A stretch of 64,000 nucleotides of DNA from Eledone cirrhosa (lineage: Eukaryota), in NCBI GenBank assembly GCA_964016885.1, contig OZ024741.1, positions 151,776,001-151,840,000 of the forward strand, read 5' to 3'. Position 1 is the first letter of the stretch, and each line of letters begins with the position of its first letter. The notes below the pieces were generated by a model that saw nothing but the letters and a program-made list of their open reading frames with translations, was not told the origin of the DNA and made no database searches. The position numbers and the translations under genes are program-made. Shown here piece by piece: positions 1 to 14,870 of the stretch.

Positions 1-498
1 CACACACTAGTCACCCAGCAGACAACACTATACACACTAGTCACACATCACACATAACACTATACACACACGCAAACGCATGCGCAAAGAAGACAAAATA
101 AAATAAGATAAACAAACAAGCAAATAAATAAATAAATATATAGACAGACTGAACAAAAAAAATGGCGTAGACATACAACACAACAGGAGGAACAATGAAT
201 ATAACACCACTGACGATGTTGCAGATGTGCAACGAAAGATTTATGTAAACTATATATATATGTGTTTGTCTATATTGTATCTGTATTATTTTTGACCGCC
301 GGTCAGTCAATGGCAACATTGAGGACCGAGTAAGTTAGATCGCAGATATATATATATAAAAGACAGCGAGAAGCGAAAACCAACCAAACAGTGAGTGTGT
401 TCTGTTATTAATTCTGGCAATATTACGCAAATATGACCCTCCCCAAATATAACAATATCTGTTTCGACACACGATTTCATATAAAAAACCTCGCAAAA

Positions 499-503
<5 letters not shown>
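1..503 (+). mobile_element. 3' end / pLTR of a Penelope-like element (same family as 61405-62712)
   Basis: Positions 60-455 closely match 62330-62712, which lies directly downstream of a GIY-YIG ORF. Contains a hammerhead-like core at 210-243 (CTGACGA t gttgca-gatg-tgcaac GAAA). Ends in (TA)n. Confidence 0.7.
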
Positions 504-540
<37 letters not shown>

Positions 541-922
541 CATATCGAAATATATACATGTTTATATATATATATATATATCGAAAATATTCTTAGAAGA
601 AATGTGTACATACCGTAATTATATCTCTTACGGTATGTACACATTTCTTCTAAGTTTAATTTTACACCTAATTGTGTATGGTTGATGATATATTTAGTCA
701 GTTTCCACATGGTGTCGAAATGTTGGACAAATATACTATATTGGGGCCACCGCGAAGAGGCCACTTTTGTTTATTTGTCGAAGATTTCTTCATAAGAGCC
801 TTTTTTCTTATAGCTTGGTCTAATTGATTTTTTATATGGTTAATTATGCTAATCGGAAGAAGAAACGGTATATATTTTATCTAATCATTCTAAAGACATG
901 ATTTATGATATTTATATATATA

Positions 923-957
<35 letters not shown>

Positions 958-1027
958 AAAAAGAGATGAAATCGAAAATGCAACTGGAGTCTTATTTTTA
1001 AAAATAAATATATATATTTATTTGGTT

Positions 1028-1065
1028 CCTTTACCGGTTTCGCAGTTCTTCTGCTTTTCAAAAGG
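1028..1065 (-). ncRNA. Minimal type I hammerhead ribozyme, U3-A8 core variant
   Basis: Reverse complement reads cctt TTGAAAA gcag-aagaa-ctgc GAAA CCGG TA aagg. Confidence 0.75.
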
Positions 1066-1574
1066 TGAATTGTGATGGAGGGTCTGTGGTTTTTCTCACA
1101 TCTGGTTGGTCTCTGAATGTTACTTGTTTTATATGGAAAAAATGGCTCGAAATGCCAGGTTTTTCGAGAAGTAATTTGATTGGTTTGTCAATAATTATAA
1201 TAAATTTCGCGCCAGTTCGCGTTACAATAGTTCTTCAAATAAGAGGGGGGGTTGTCACAGGTTGTTTTTTTCATATATGAGTGTTTGAATTTCTTTTTAC
1301 AACAAAAAAAGCCTTCGTGAGCCCCTTTTTTCAAGTAAAAAGAAATTCAAACACTCATATCTGAAAAAACAACCTGTGACAACCCCCCCCCCCCCTCTTA
1401 TTTGAAGAACTATTGTAACGCGAACTGGCGCGAAATTTATTATAATTATTGACAAACCAATCAAATTACTTCTCGAAAAACCTGGCATTTCGAGCCACTT
1501 TTTCCATATAAAACAAGTAACATTCAGAGACCAACCAGATGTGAGAAAAACCACAGACCCTCCATCACAACTCA

Positions 1575-1612
1575 CCTTTTGAAAAGCAGAAGAACTGCGA
1601 AACCGGTAAAGG
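1575..1612 (+). ncRNA. Minimal type I hammerhead ribozyme, U3-A8 core variant
   Basis: Stem I cctt/aagg, core TTGAAAA, stem II gcag/ctgc, GAAA, palindromic stem III CCGG, GUA cleavage triplet. Confidence 0.75.
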
Positions 1613-1745
1613 AACCAAATAAATATATATATATTTTTTTTTTAAATAAGACTCCAGTTGCATATTCGATTTCATCTCTTTTTCTTTATACTTTCACTCG
1701 TGTAGGACACCTCGGTTATTTTTCAATTTGTAAAAAAAACCTCAC

Positions 1746-1805
<60 letters not shown>

Positions 1806-1996
1806 TAGAATTGGTGCTCTGAAATAGCTATATATATATGAATGTATATATAGTGTATTTTGCAATACACTGTATGCTTAATTAAAAGCATTTCGAAGAC
1901 CTTATGCTATTGTTTTAGAGTAGTGACAGACTCACTTACTTTAATTTTCAGCAAAAAGAGGAGATAAAGCTGACAATGCCCTGTTTCGCATTTATT

Positions 1997-2041
1997 GAGT
2001 TAACAGCTCTGTTTCGTACTTTTTGGTACTCATCAAAACTC
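1997..2041 (-). ncRNA. Type I hammerhead (U3-G8 core)
   Basis: Reverse complement: gagtt TTGATGA gtac-caaaaa-gtac GAAA CAG-AG-CTG TT aactc. Confidence 0.65.
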
Positions 2042-2452
2042 ACTATTCTCCCTGTCTGCCGAAAATTATGTGTGTTGGATTCTTATAGAATTCCAGTAAC
2101 AATCAGGAACTGATTTTACAGAGCGGTCGCCGGCCCAACAGAAAATGAAAATTAGAATTGGTGCTCTGAAATAGTGATATATATATGAATGTAGATATAA
2201 TGTATTTTGCAATACACTGTACGTTTAAATAATAGCATTTTGAAGGCCATACGCTATTGTTTTAAAATAGCGACATTGTCCCTTACTTAAATTTTCAGCA
2301 GACAGGGGGAGATAAGTTGACAGCTCTGTTTTGGTACTTATATATATATCGCTATTTCAGAGCACCAATTCTAATTTTCAATTTCTGGTGGGCTGGCGAC
2401 CGCTCTGTAAAATCAGTTGCTGATTGTTACTGGAATTCTATAAGAGAGTAGT

Positions 2453-2497
2453 GAGTTTTGATAAGTACCAAAAAGTACGAAACAGAGCTGTCAACTT
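2453..2497 (+). ncRNA. Type I hammerhead (U3-A8 core)
   Basis: gagtt TTGATAA gtac-caaaaa-gtac GAAA CAG-AG-CTG TC aactt; GUC triplet. Confidence 0.7.
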
Positions 2498-2716
2498 ATC
2501 TCCCCCTGCCTGCCGAAATGTCGCTACTTTAAAACAATAGCGTATGGTCTTCAAAATGCTTTTAATTAACCATACAGTGTATTGCAAAATACACTATATA
2601 TACATTCATATATATATCGCTATTTCAGAGGCACCAATTCTAATACATATATATATATATATATATATATTAAGAGAGTAAAACAAAGAATCCTTTAATA
2701 CATCAAAAGTTTTTAT

Positions 2717-2758
2717 TAGCAGACAATGTTTCGTCCTATTAAGGACTCATCAGGGCAA
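2717..2758 (-). ncRNA. Hammerhead remnant (canonical core, decayed stem I)
   Basis: Reverse complement: ttgcc CTGATGA gtcc-ttaata-ggac GAAA CATTG TC tgcta. Confidence 0.6.
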
Positions 2759-3027
2759 TCAAAACAACAAGAGGTAATATCGGCAGATACAAGCCAGAAA
2801 CTCTGAAGAATATGGAGTGTACATACACTAATGTCTTACAAAGATATACGATAATAAAAATGAAAATAAAGATAAAAATAATAAAAATATATAATAAGAA
2901 TAACTAAGGATGTAGATAACATTAAGAACCATATTACAAATATAGTCCAAAGCAACCAACCTAAATCTAAACAAATTTGGTTATATAGAGCAGGAATTAT
3001 ATATAACACAATATAATACATTATAAT

Positions 3028-3082
<55 letters not shown>

Positions 3083-3090
<8 letters not shown>

Positions 3091-3432
3091 TTCAAAATAT
3101 TAACAAATGAAGGATATTCACATAATCAAAATATATGCTTTATTATATATATTTGAAAGGTATTGTGTTGTTTTTTCAGTACGTCTTCATCAGATAAAAT
3201 ATATGATTTGATATATGACATACCGCTACGTCTTGATTATATAATTCCAGTATTGGCAGTCATGGAATTGTATAATCAAGACCGTAGCGATATGTCATAT
3301 ATCAAATCATATATTTTATCTGATGAAGACGTACTGAAAAAACAACACAGTACCTTTGAAATATATATATAATAAAGCATATATTTTGATTATGTGAATA
3401 TCCTTCATTTGTTAATATTTTGAATAATATTA
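3083..3432. repeat. About 350-bp near-perfect inverted repeat (foldback)
   Basis: taatattattcaaaatattaac... mirrored by ...gttaatattttgaataatatta; centre at about 3255. Confidence 0.85.
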
Positions 3433-3621
3433 AAAAGTCCAGGAAAACTTTTGACTGTTGAATGCTTTTAATCTATTGTAAAATTGTATTCATTGAGTAA
3501 TCAACGAACCATATTAATCTTTGGTCATATTTATATATATATTTATATATGTATGAATGAAGTAATTCCGTCGGAAAAGTCCAGGAAAAAAGAGTGCTCT
3601 ATGTAGGTAACAGAGCTTAAT

Positions 3622-3885
3622 AGTTACGTAATAAACAACATAAGGCAATTATTCCATTTACCAGTGGTTTCTTAAAAGCAAAAGATTTTGCTTTCAATCC
3701 TCAGAATGAAAAAATCCTGGTCTGTTTATTGAATTTGGATTTTAAAATCCAAATTTGGTTTTTAAAATCCAAATTCAATAAACAGACCAGGATTTTTTCA
3801 TTCTGAGGATTGAAAGCAAAATATTTTGCTTTTAAGAAACCACTGGTAAATGGAATTATTGCCTTATGTTGTTTATTACATAACT

Positions 3886-3886
<1 letters not shown>
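3622..3886. mobile_element. Foldback pLTR-like insertion with a canonical hammerhead in each arm
   Basis: Palindrome centred at about 3753. Hammerheads at 3653-3710(-) and 3797-3854(+). Partial copy at about 21430-21478. Confidence 0.8.
3797..3854 (+). ncRNA. Type I hammerhead ribozyme, canonical core
   Basis: ttcatt CTGAGGA ttgaaagcaaa-atat-tttgcttttaa GAAA CCA-C-TGG TA aatgga: 6-bp stem I, 11-bp stem II, GUA site. Confidence 0.8.
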
Positions 3887-7162
<3,276 letters not shown>

Positions 7163-8699
7163 ATGTGCAACCAGCAGTATTCTTCTCACCCATATTTTCA
7201 TATATTTACCCAAACTGCAATTCTGTGTTTCTCTCTTTCTCTCTTACTGCTCCCTCGTTCTCTCTGTATCTCTTACTTTCTTTCGTCCCCTCTGCCATGT
7301 CAGTTAACTCTTTCTCTCTACTGACCTCTTCCTCGCACTCCCACTCACTCAGTCCCTGTTTCTCCCCTTCTTTCTTCCTCCCGTTCACTGGGAAAACGGT
7401 TTTCATTCTTTCTAACACCGGATTCACTAGCGAAAGGTCTGTTTTCTGACTCGCTCATATATTCACACAGCTTATGCTGACAGAATAACTATGTTGCTTG
7501 TGTTTATTTCCATCTTCGGTTAGCTTCCCCCTGTGTTGTTTACTTGTCTCACTCGCTTTACGCGTTTCTATTGTCCTAATAACTTATTTTAGTTATTATC
7601 GCTCCAACGTGAGGTATATGATTTTTAATGCGATGAAATACCCATGATCGTTTGGTAAATCAATGAATAGGGACTCATTTTATAACATGTTATCCATGTG
7701 CAACCAGCAGTATTCTTCTCACCCATATTTTCATATATATATATATATATATATAAATGAAAAGTATAGAAATTATCGTGAGCAAGAAGCCAACAGTATT
7801 TCATATATAAATATATATTATTCATGAGGTTAAATAATATATTTATTAGATATTTTATTTGAAAGTCTTTATTTATATTGTGATAAACTTTCAAACAAGA
7901 TGATTTAAAAGTAGGTAACCTTTATCTGTTAACGTTTATTTGTCCTCAGAGCAAATGGCCACAACGTTGCCTCAGATAATAGCCAGTGATACCCGCTATC
8001 CGCTACATCAAACATACCCTTTAGCAGGGCTCCTGGGTGAAGATGGTTATCGATAAGGAAAGTTCGAAATTTGTATTTTAGAGGACCGCCTTAGGAAGTC
8101 ATTTGCTCCTCTTGTCACATAACATTGGCAAAACAGTGTTTTGCATTCCTTAAATTTTAGCATCAATAAACCATTTAAAGTCCGTTTGAAAGGGTCAGTA
8201 ATTTATGGAAGGAAATAATAACTAACATTACTATCAAATCAGGCAAGGTGGTACTGAAGATATATATGTATGATGATGGTGATGGAGATGACGGTGATGG
8301 TGATGGCGGTGATGATGTTCATGGTGGTGGTGATGATGATGATGAAACTATTATTATGTACGTTCCCCGTTAGGATTATGAACATTTTTTTCAGTGCTGC
8401 AGATAAAATTTAAGTTTTGCAGAATTTTAATAAAATTTGTGAGTTAAATGTGTAAAAATTGTAAAATGTAATTTTTCTAATTGAAAACCATATTAAATTT
8501 TGTAAGCTTGAATATAGCTTACAAATTCATTTTAATTCACTTTATTTATCATTTTCCCTTTGATATTTATAGCCTTAATTTGCAATGGATTAATTAGATA
8601 TGAAAAGTTCAGCCTTGATATACAGTATAGTGAGGAGTTAGATACTAGAAATTCTCGATTTCAATATTTCTTCGATGTAGGGTGGTTGATTGGAGGAAT

Positions 8700-8895
8700 T
8701 GGTAGATGGTCAGATAAAATGCTACTATGGTTTTTGTTCTGGTACTTTATATTCTGATTTCAGATCCCAGTGAGGTCAACTTTGCTTTTCATTCTTCCAG
8801 GGTCGATAAAATAAAGTAACAGTCAAGTACTGATGTTAATTTAATCAACTTTACCATTTCCCTAAGTGTGCTGACATTGTGACTAAATTAGAAAT
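8700..8895 (+). mobile_element. tRNA-type SINE (cephalopod-like), decayed
   Basis: gaggtcaactttgcttttcattcttccagggtcgataaaataaagtaacag is the reverse complement of the copies at 12870, 20376 and 59715. Confidence 0.65.
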
Positions 8896-9453
8896 GTCAC
8901 AATTGAACTCAAAGACACCAATTTATTGGTGAAGCTGCTTTTTCGGTCGGTGTTAGGTGAGTTATGTATAGTTATATATAGTTTATGAACTTTTACATTC
9001 AGATACGAATAATATTTCACTTAGATTGAATCACATACATACATACATATATACAAGCATACATGCATACATGCATACACACACATACATACATAGATAC
9101 ATACACACACACACGTATATACATATATACACACACATGCATACATACATGCATACATACATACATAAAACTACTACAGTTGTTATTCATAATCGAGTAT
9201 AACTTGGTAGTATGCACCATGCTTTCACTAAGTATGTTAGATGCCCATGCAATCGCGAGCAAAGACAACCTCCCGACCCTCCGGCCCTTGATCCAGCACA
9301 TCATTCACGATTGGATATCTGGAAGGAGAGAGAGCTGATATTTTCTTCATCGACCACAAAAAGATGAAAGGCAAAGTGGATTTCAGCAAGATTTGAACCC
9401 GAAACAAATGTCTAACACTCTAACGACTACCAAGCATGCATGCATACATACAT

Positions 9454-9892
9454 GGTGGCTGCCAACTCGTTTTCGAGTACGGCCACTACTTTATATCCAT
9501 GTAGGAGAACCCCTACTGATGAGCTAAACGAGTGTGACTTTTTAGTCCAGCCAGCGACTTGAAAACTCTGCTACAAACACTGCACTTGTGACAATTATTG
9601 ACACATAGTGCTGGGCCCATGGTACCATGTGATGACAAGTGCAGAGAGATCTCCAGATATAAAGCAATGCCTGTGCCGTGAAGCTTTTATAGTGAGCAAA
9701 GGCACTGCACAAAGCCAGTCCCACTCTCTTAACCAAGATGATATTTACCAAAAAGAAGAACAAGTCAACATCATTGGATACCATCAGGGTTGCAGGTGTT
9801 TTATCAGAGTTTTCCTTCTCCTAGAATTCTGCCTTAACAAAGGTTAAGGGGTCATCTCTCCCGGTGATTTTGGATGGCCATTGACTCTTAAG
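9454..9892 (-). mobile_element. Non-coding interspersed repeat family A with (ATGT)n tail, 5'-truncated
   Basis: Near-identical to 14004-14443 and 60076-60513; contains tctaggagaaggaaaactctga; flanked by (CATA)n. Confidence 0.75.
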
Positions 9893-9926
9893 ATACATAC
9901 ATACATACATACATACATACATACAT

Positions 9927-10390
9927 AACCTGAAAATAAAAACTGCCACCAAATTAAAGCACAACCGGCCTGATATTGTAGTTTGGGACCACACATTGAA
10001 AACGTGTTCTGTTGTGGAGATCAGCTGCCCACTTGATGTAAACGTTGTCAGAAAAATACAGGAGAAGGAGGACATCTACGGACCATTGATGAGGAGTTTA
10101 CAAATCTAGTATCCAAGATACACCTATAGCTTCATACCCATCATTATTGGTGCTACGGGTTATATACCAACCCGCTTGGACCAAAGTATGATTGAACTTG
10201 GATTTGCGGACAAAAAGCGCAGCTCCCTAATTCATAGTCTACAAATGGCTGCGATAGCTGGCACCTTCAAAATTTGCAAAACATTCTTGCGATTCAAGGG
10301 ATGACAATTTCTTTTCTTTTACAACCTTGACACCAGGAAGGTGGCCGGTCAAAAAAATATACTCGAAATTAAGAGAAAGAGAAAATATAC
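9927..10390 (+). pseudogene. 3' fragment of a non-LTR retrotransposon with restriction-like endonuclease (R4/Dong/NeSL-like)
   Basis: Frame 9927-10304 translates as ...KHNRPDIVVWDHTLKTCSVVEISCPLDVNVVRKIQEKEDIYGPL...PIIIGATG...KICKTFL, the PD-(D/E)xK RLE pattern. One internal TAG at 10107. Sits between (CATA)n tracts. Confidence 0.8.
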
Positions 10391-10403
10391 ATACATACAT
10401 ACA

Positions 10404-10690
10404 TGATGATGGCTGCCCTCTCCTTATCGAGATATACCATTATTAATAATTATTAATTAATTCTATCGTGCAATGCCTGTGCGTGAAGAATTTGTTTAAA
10501 GTGAGGAAAGACTGTCCACTGAGCCAATCCCACTCCCTGAGCGACAGTAGTTATAACCTGAAAAGAAGAAAAAGATCAACATCATCGGTAACTACTGAGC
10601 CGCAGGTTTTATGTCGAAGTTATCCTAGTTTCCTGAGTTGCCTTCTCCTAGAAGAATTCCCTGACAAAGGATAGGGGTCCTTACCCTGCG
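10404..10690 (-). mobile_element. Non-coding repeat family B, 3' part
   Basis: Matches 60725-61015 and the reverse complement of 19530-19815. Confidence 0.7.
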
Positions 10691-11114
10691 ACGTCACTAC
10701 TGCCAAACCTATATCGGCTTTTGCCTTTACCTTAACAACTTCGGCGATGTGAAGAAGGAATGTTGTATGAATAGGTAACTGTTGGTGTCTCTCCATCCAA
10801 ACACCTTGCACAGAGCTGTGCACTGGAGAGGCATATTTTAGGTATAAAGCAATTAACATCCATGGCTGAAAGGAACCCAAATCGTTGTGTATCTCCGAGG
10901 TTAAACGTTTTCCGACATTCTGCATTTACTCAATTTCAGCTAGCTGGCGGAAAAAAGGTAAAACGATAACTAATAATGCAAGATGGGGTACCTTATCACT
11001 CCATCCATCAGAAGGTTCTGTCCCAATTCCGTCGTAATTATTTAGTACTATAAATAACCACCGTTTCGTTTTCCTGACCATATTTCCAACAAAATATACT
11101 CTCTTTTAATTAAA

Positions 11115-11600
11115 TAATGAAGAATTCTAAGTGATTTACAAAAAATTATTAATTATTTCATTACTAAGATAGTAATTTCGTATACGGTTCTTATATAAAA
11201 TTAGTTGAAAGATTTTACTTTGGATAGGAAGCTTTTAAAAAGGGTGGTTTTGTTTCATAGAACCAGAGCCGGTTTTGATGAGGCTGGTATCAAAATTAAA
11301 AACTAATAGGAACGAGACTTTAATATGAAACCATTATAGAATTGACTAATTAAGTACTGAAGAATTGTGAAAGATTTACTAAAATTATTAATTATTCCAT
11401 TACTAAATTGTAATTTAATATATGATTCTTATATAAAATTACATTAAATTCAAATTACATTTAATTCAAATAGGAAGCCTTTAAAATGGGTAGTTTTACA
11501 GAACCAGAGTCGATGTTGGTCAGGTTGTTATCATAGGTAAGTAATAGGAAAGATAGTCGTTGATATAAAACGATTATAGAATTGATAAATAGATCTTTGA
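11115..11600. repeat. Degenerate about 240-bp direct tandem duplication
   Basis: aattattaattatt.cattactaa...ttcttatataaaatta...taggaagc.tttaaa...agaaccagag.cg...attatagaattga occurs twice. Confidence 0.6.
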
Positions 11601-11903
11601 ATACTACGAGTTGTTATTTACTCTGTAAACCAATCATCACAGGAGTCACAGCCATGACAATTATGACATTGTAAGGATATTTAAAGCTACATTATCCAAT
11701 AATTCTTTTCTTGTACAAAGCGGTATCGTGTCAGTTGAGAGAAAACTAGCTGCTATTTAAGCACCCATGTAACGCTGCCTTTAAAGAGTACCAGTACTAC
11801 ACAAGATACAGCAATGTGGACTATTGTTCTCATTTACTTTGTCTCTCGTTCACCTTCTCTCTAATTCATTCTCTCTTTATTTCTCTCTCCCTCTCTCTAT
11901 TTT

Positions 11904-11935
<32 letters not shown>

Positions 11936-12097
11936 CCTCTCTCTCTCTCACTCTCCCTGTTCCTCATTCAAACTCCTTCCCCCTCTCCTGATAATTGGTT
12001 TTAAGACATAGATAAAGCAAGTCTTATTTATATCTTATTATAGAGAGAACTGCAGGAATTATGTGTGAGCACGTAAAAACATATACACACACAGAAA

Positions 12098-12194
<97 letters not shown>

Positions 12195-12339
12195 GCGTGT
12201 CTGTTAGTGTGCGTGTGTGTTAGTGTGCGCGTGTGTGTACGCGTATGTACATACAGACATACATATATGTGTTTATGTATATATATATATATATATATGT
12301 GTATATATATATATGTGTATATATATATATATATGTATG

Positions 12340-12373
<34 letters not shown>

Positions 12374-12489
12374 TGTATGTATATATATATATATATATAC
12401 ATACATACATATAAATAAATGCATACTCACACATATACACATACACATACATATACACATACATATACATACACATATACATACACATG

Positions 12490-12540
<51 letters not shown>

Positions 12541-12681
12541 ATATATATATATATATATACATACACATACACACATACATATAAATATATACACACACAT
12601 GTATGTGTGTAAAACTCATTCTTAGATGTATTCATTGAACCTTGTTTAACTCTTAAATAATATACACATATATACACAAAC

Positions 12682-12722
<41 letters not shown>

Positions 12723-12869
12723 AGAAAATACATAAATATTATATATATATATAAAAATAAAAAGGTGAAAGGGGTAAACAAATAGTTGGGAATACGGCAA
12801 ATAATAAATAAATAGATAAGGGTATAAATGTTTATAGCTGATTTAGAGCACTCAACAAATTCCTAGAGC

Positions 12870-13060
12870 AAATAATTGTTTCTACATTTGGCACAAGGCC
12901 AGCAATTACCCAGTGCATTACTGGTACTTTATTTTATCGACCCCGTAAGGATGAAAGGCAAAGTTAACCTCGGCGGGATTTGAACTGAGTCCGTAAAGGG
13001 ACGTAACTGTGCTGCAAAGCATGGCGTCCGACCCTCTACCGATACAGCCAATTCCCTAAT
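12870..13060 (-). mobile_element. tRNA-type SINE
   Basis: B-box-like GTTCAAATCCCGCC on the minus strand; body atcgaccccgtaaggatgaaaggcaaagttaacctc; nearly identical to 20376-20555. Confidence 0.75.
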
Positions 13061-13180
13061 CAATGAAAATAAGCATTAAATCACTCTGTATGTATGTAAT
13101 TATGCATATACATACACATATATATACATATATATACACACACACACGCACACACACACACAACCATACAAATACATACA

Positions 13181-13240
<60 letters not shown>

Positions 13241-13417
13241 GGAAAAAGTATGACCCCGACGGCAGAGCTCAAGCCGTTTCTGAGGCTATTATATATATAC
13301 ACACACAAACATATATATAAAAATACACATATACACACACACATATCTACAAAAAGTTACGTCACCACCGTAATAAAAAAACACAGCCACATATAAACAT
13401 ATAAACCCACACATACA

Positions 13418-13489
<72 letters not shown>

Positions 13490-13492
<3 letters not shown>

Positions 13493-13865
13493 TGGTGGAT
13501 GGGTGCTACACGAGAATGCTGAGTATAGCTCTGAACATTAATCAGTATACACTGAGGATGAAAAACTCAGAGCTGTATGGGAGCATCCCAAAAGTCAGCT
13601 CAAAAGTGACACAGAGGAGACTGAGGTTGGCTGGACATGCTCACCGACATCCAGAGTTGTCATTGCACTCAGTGCTCCTGTGGGAGCCCCTACATGGACA
13701 CACTAGAAGAGGAAGACCAAGGTTAACGTATGTTGATGCCCTAAGGACAGACACTGGTCTGTTGGAGATGCAGGACATGGCAGCGATAATGAGGGACATA
13801 GACCGCTGGAGAGCACTCGTTCATGGTCCTCGGGAATTTTACCCGCCTTAGATAGATAGATAGAT
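13490..13865 (+). mobile_element. RTE-type LINE 3' end (RT C-terminus) with (TAGA)n tail
   Basis: DGCYTRML...RRLRLAGH..RHPE...LLWEP.HG...RGRP..TYVD.L..DTG. A shorter copy lies at 18288-18405. Confidence 0.85.
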
Positions 13866-13972
13866 ATATATATATATACACACACACAATTACAACAGAT
13901 ACATATAAAAATACAATTATATACACACATACATATACATACAGATATATATAATTATATATATATATACGT

Positions 13973-14003
<31 letters not shown>

Positions 14004-14004
<1 letters not shown>

Positions 14005-14565
14005 GGTGGCTGCCAACTCGTTTTCGAGTACGGCCACTACTTTATATCCATGTAGGAGAACGCCTACCGATGCGCTGAACGAGTGTGACTTTTTAGTCCA
14101 GCCAGCGATTTGAAAACTCTGGTACAAACACTACACTTTTGACAATTCTTGACACATAGTGCTGGGCCCATGGTACCATCTGACGACAAGTGCAGAGAGA
14201 TCTCCAGATATAAAGCAATGCCTGTGCCGTGAAGCTTTTATAGTGAGCAAAGGCACTGCACAAAGCCAGTCCCACTCTCTTAAACAAGATGATATGTACC
14301 AAAAAGAAGAACAAGTCAACATCATTGGATACCATCAGGGTTGCAGGTGTTATATCAGAGTTTTCCTTCTCCTAGAATTCTGCCTTGACAAAGGCTAAGG
14401 GGTCATCTCTCCCGGTGATTTTGGATGGCCATTGACTCTTAAGAGCTCCTTTGCCCTTTGACAGGTTTTGTTTTTAGTCCTGCAGGATGTCCAAAGTCAC
14501 CCTCCTCACCAAGAAACCTTGGTGAGGTTGCCAGTTTAGTCGCCAACGACCCGACCCGACCATGT

Positions 14566-14567
<2 letters not shown>
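14004..14567 (-). mobile_element. Non-coding repeat family A
   Basis: Matches 60076-60630. Confidence 0.75.
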
Positions 14568-14627
<60 letters not shown>

Positions 14628-14870
14628 ACACACACACACACAGAAATAAATATCTTAAAATAAAAAGGTAGTTATGTAAAGGGTAAGGTAGAAAGTAGGG
14701 GGGAATAAGGAAAATAAATGACATAGGAAAAAGTTTAAATATAAGGGGAGATAAGGGAGAAAAAAGAATATAAGAGTACAGAAAGTGAGTTCAGAAAATA
14801 ATTTTAAAAAAAAATAATAATAATAATAAAAATCGTAGTGGATGTAAGACGTAGAGAGCAGAGAAGAAGG

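Larger units (their letters stand above)
952..1752. mobile_element. Solo inverted pair of PLE pLTR fragments (same family as 46697-50793)
   Basis: 952-1302 is the reverse complement of about 1325-1690. Both arms match 46697-47045 and 50355-50793. (TA)n on both flanks. Confidence 0.85.
1806..2645. mobile_element. Diverged retrozyme-like insertion (about 345-bp unit; about 1.5 copies plus an inverted copy), related to the 310-bp array unit
   Basis: ttagaattggtgctctgaaatag recurs at 1806 and 2152, and inverted at about 2350 and 2620. Shares gagcggt.gccgg.cc..cagaaa...gctctgaaatagcgatatatat...ttttgaag.cc with the 310-bp unit. Hammerheads at 1997-2041(-) and 2453-2497(+). Confidence 0.75.

Noticed and set aside
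9542-9847. Recurrent 79-80 aa ORFs in family A (also 14093 and 60165)
   Set aside because: Conserved only because the copies are young; no protein motif.
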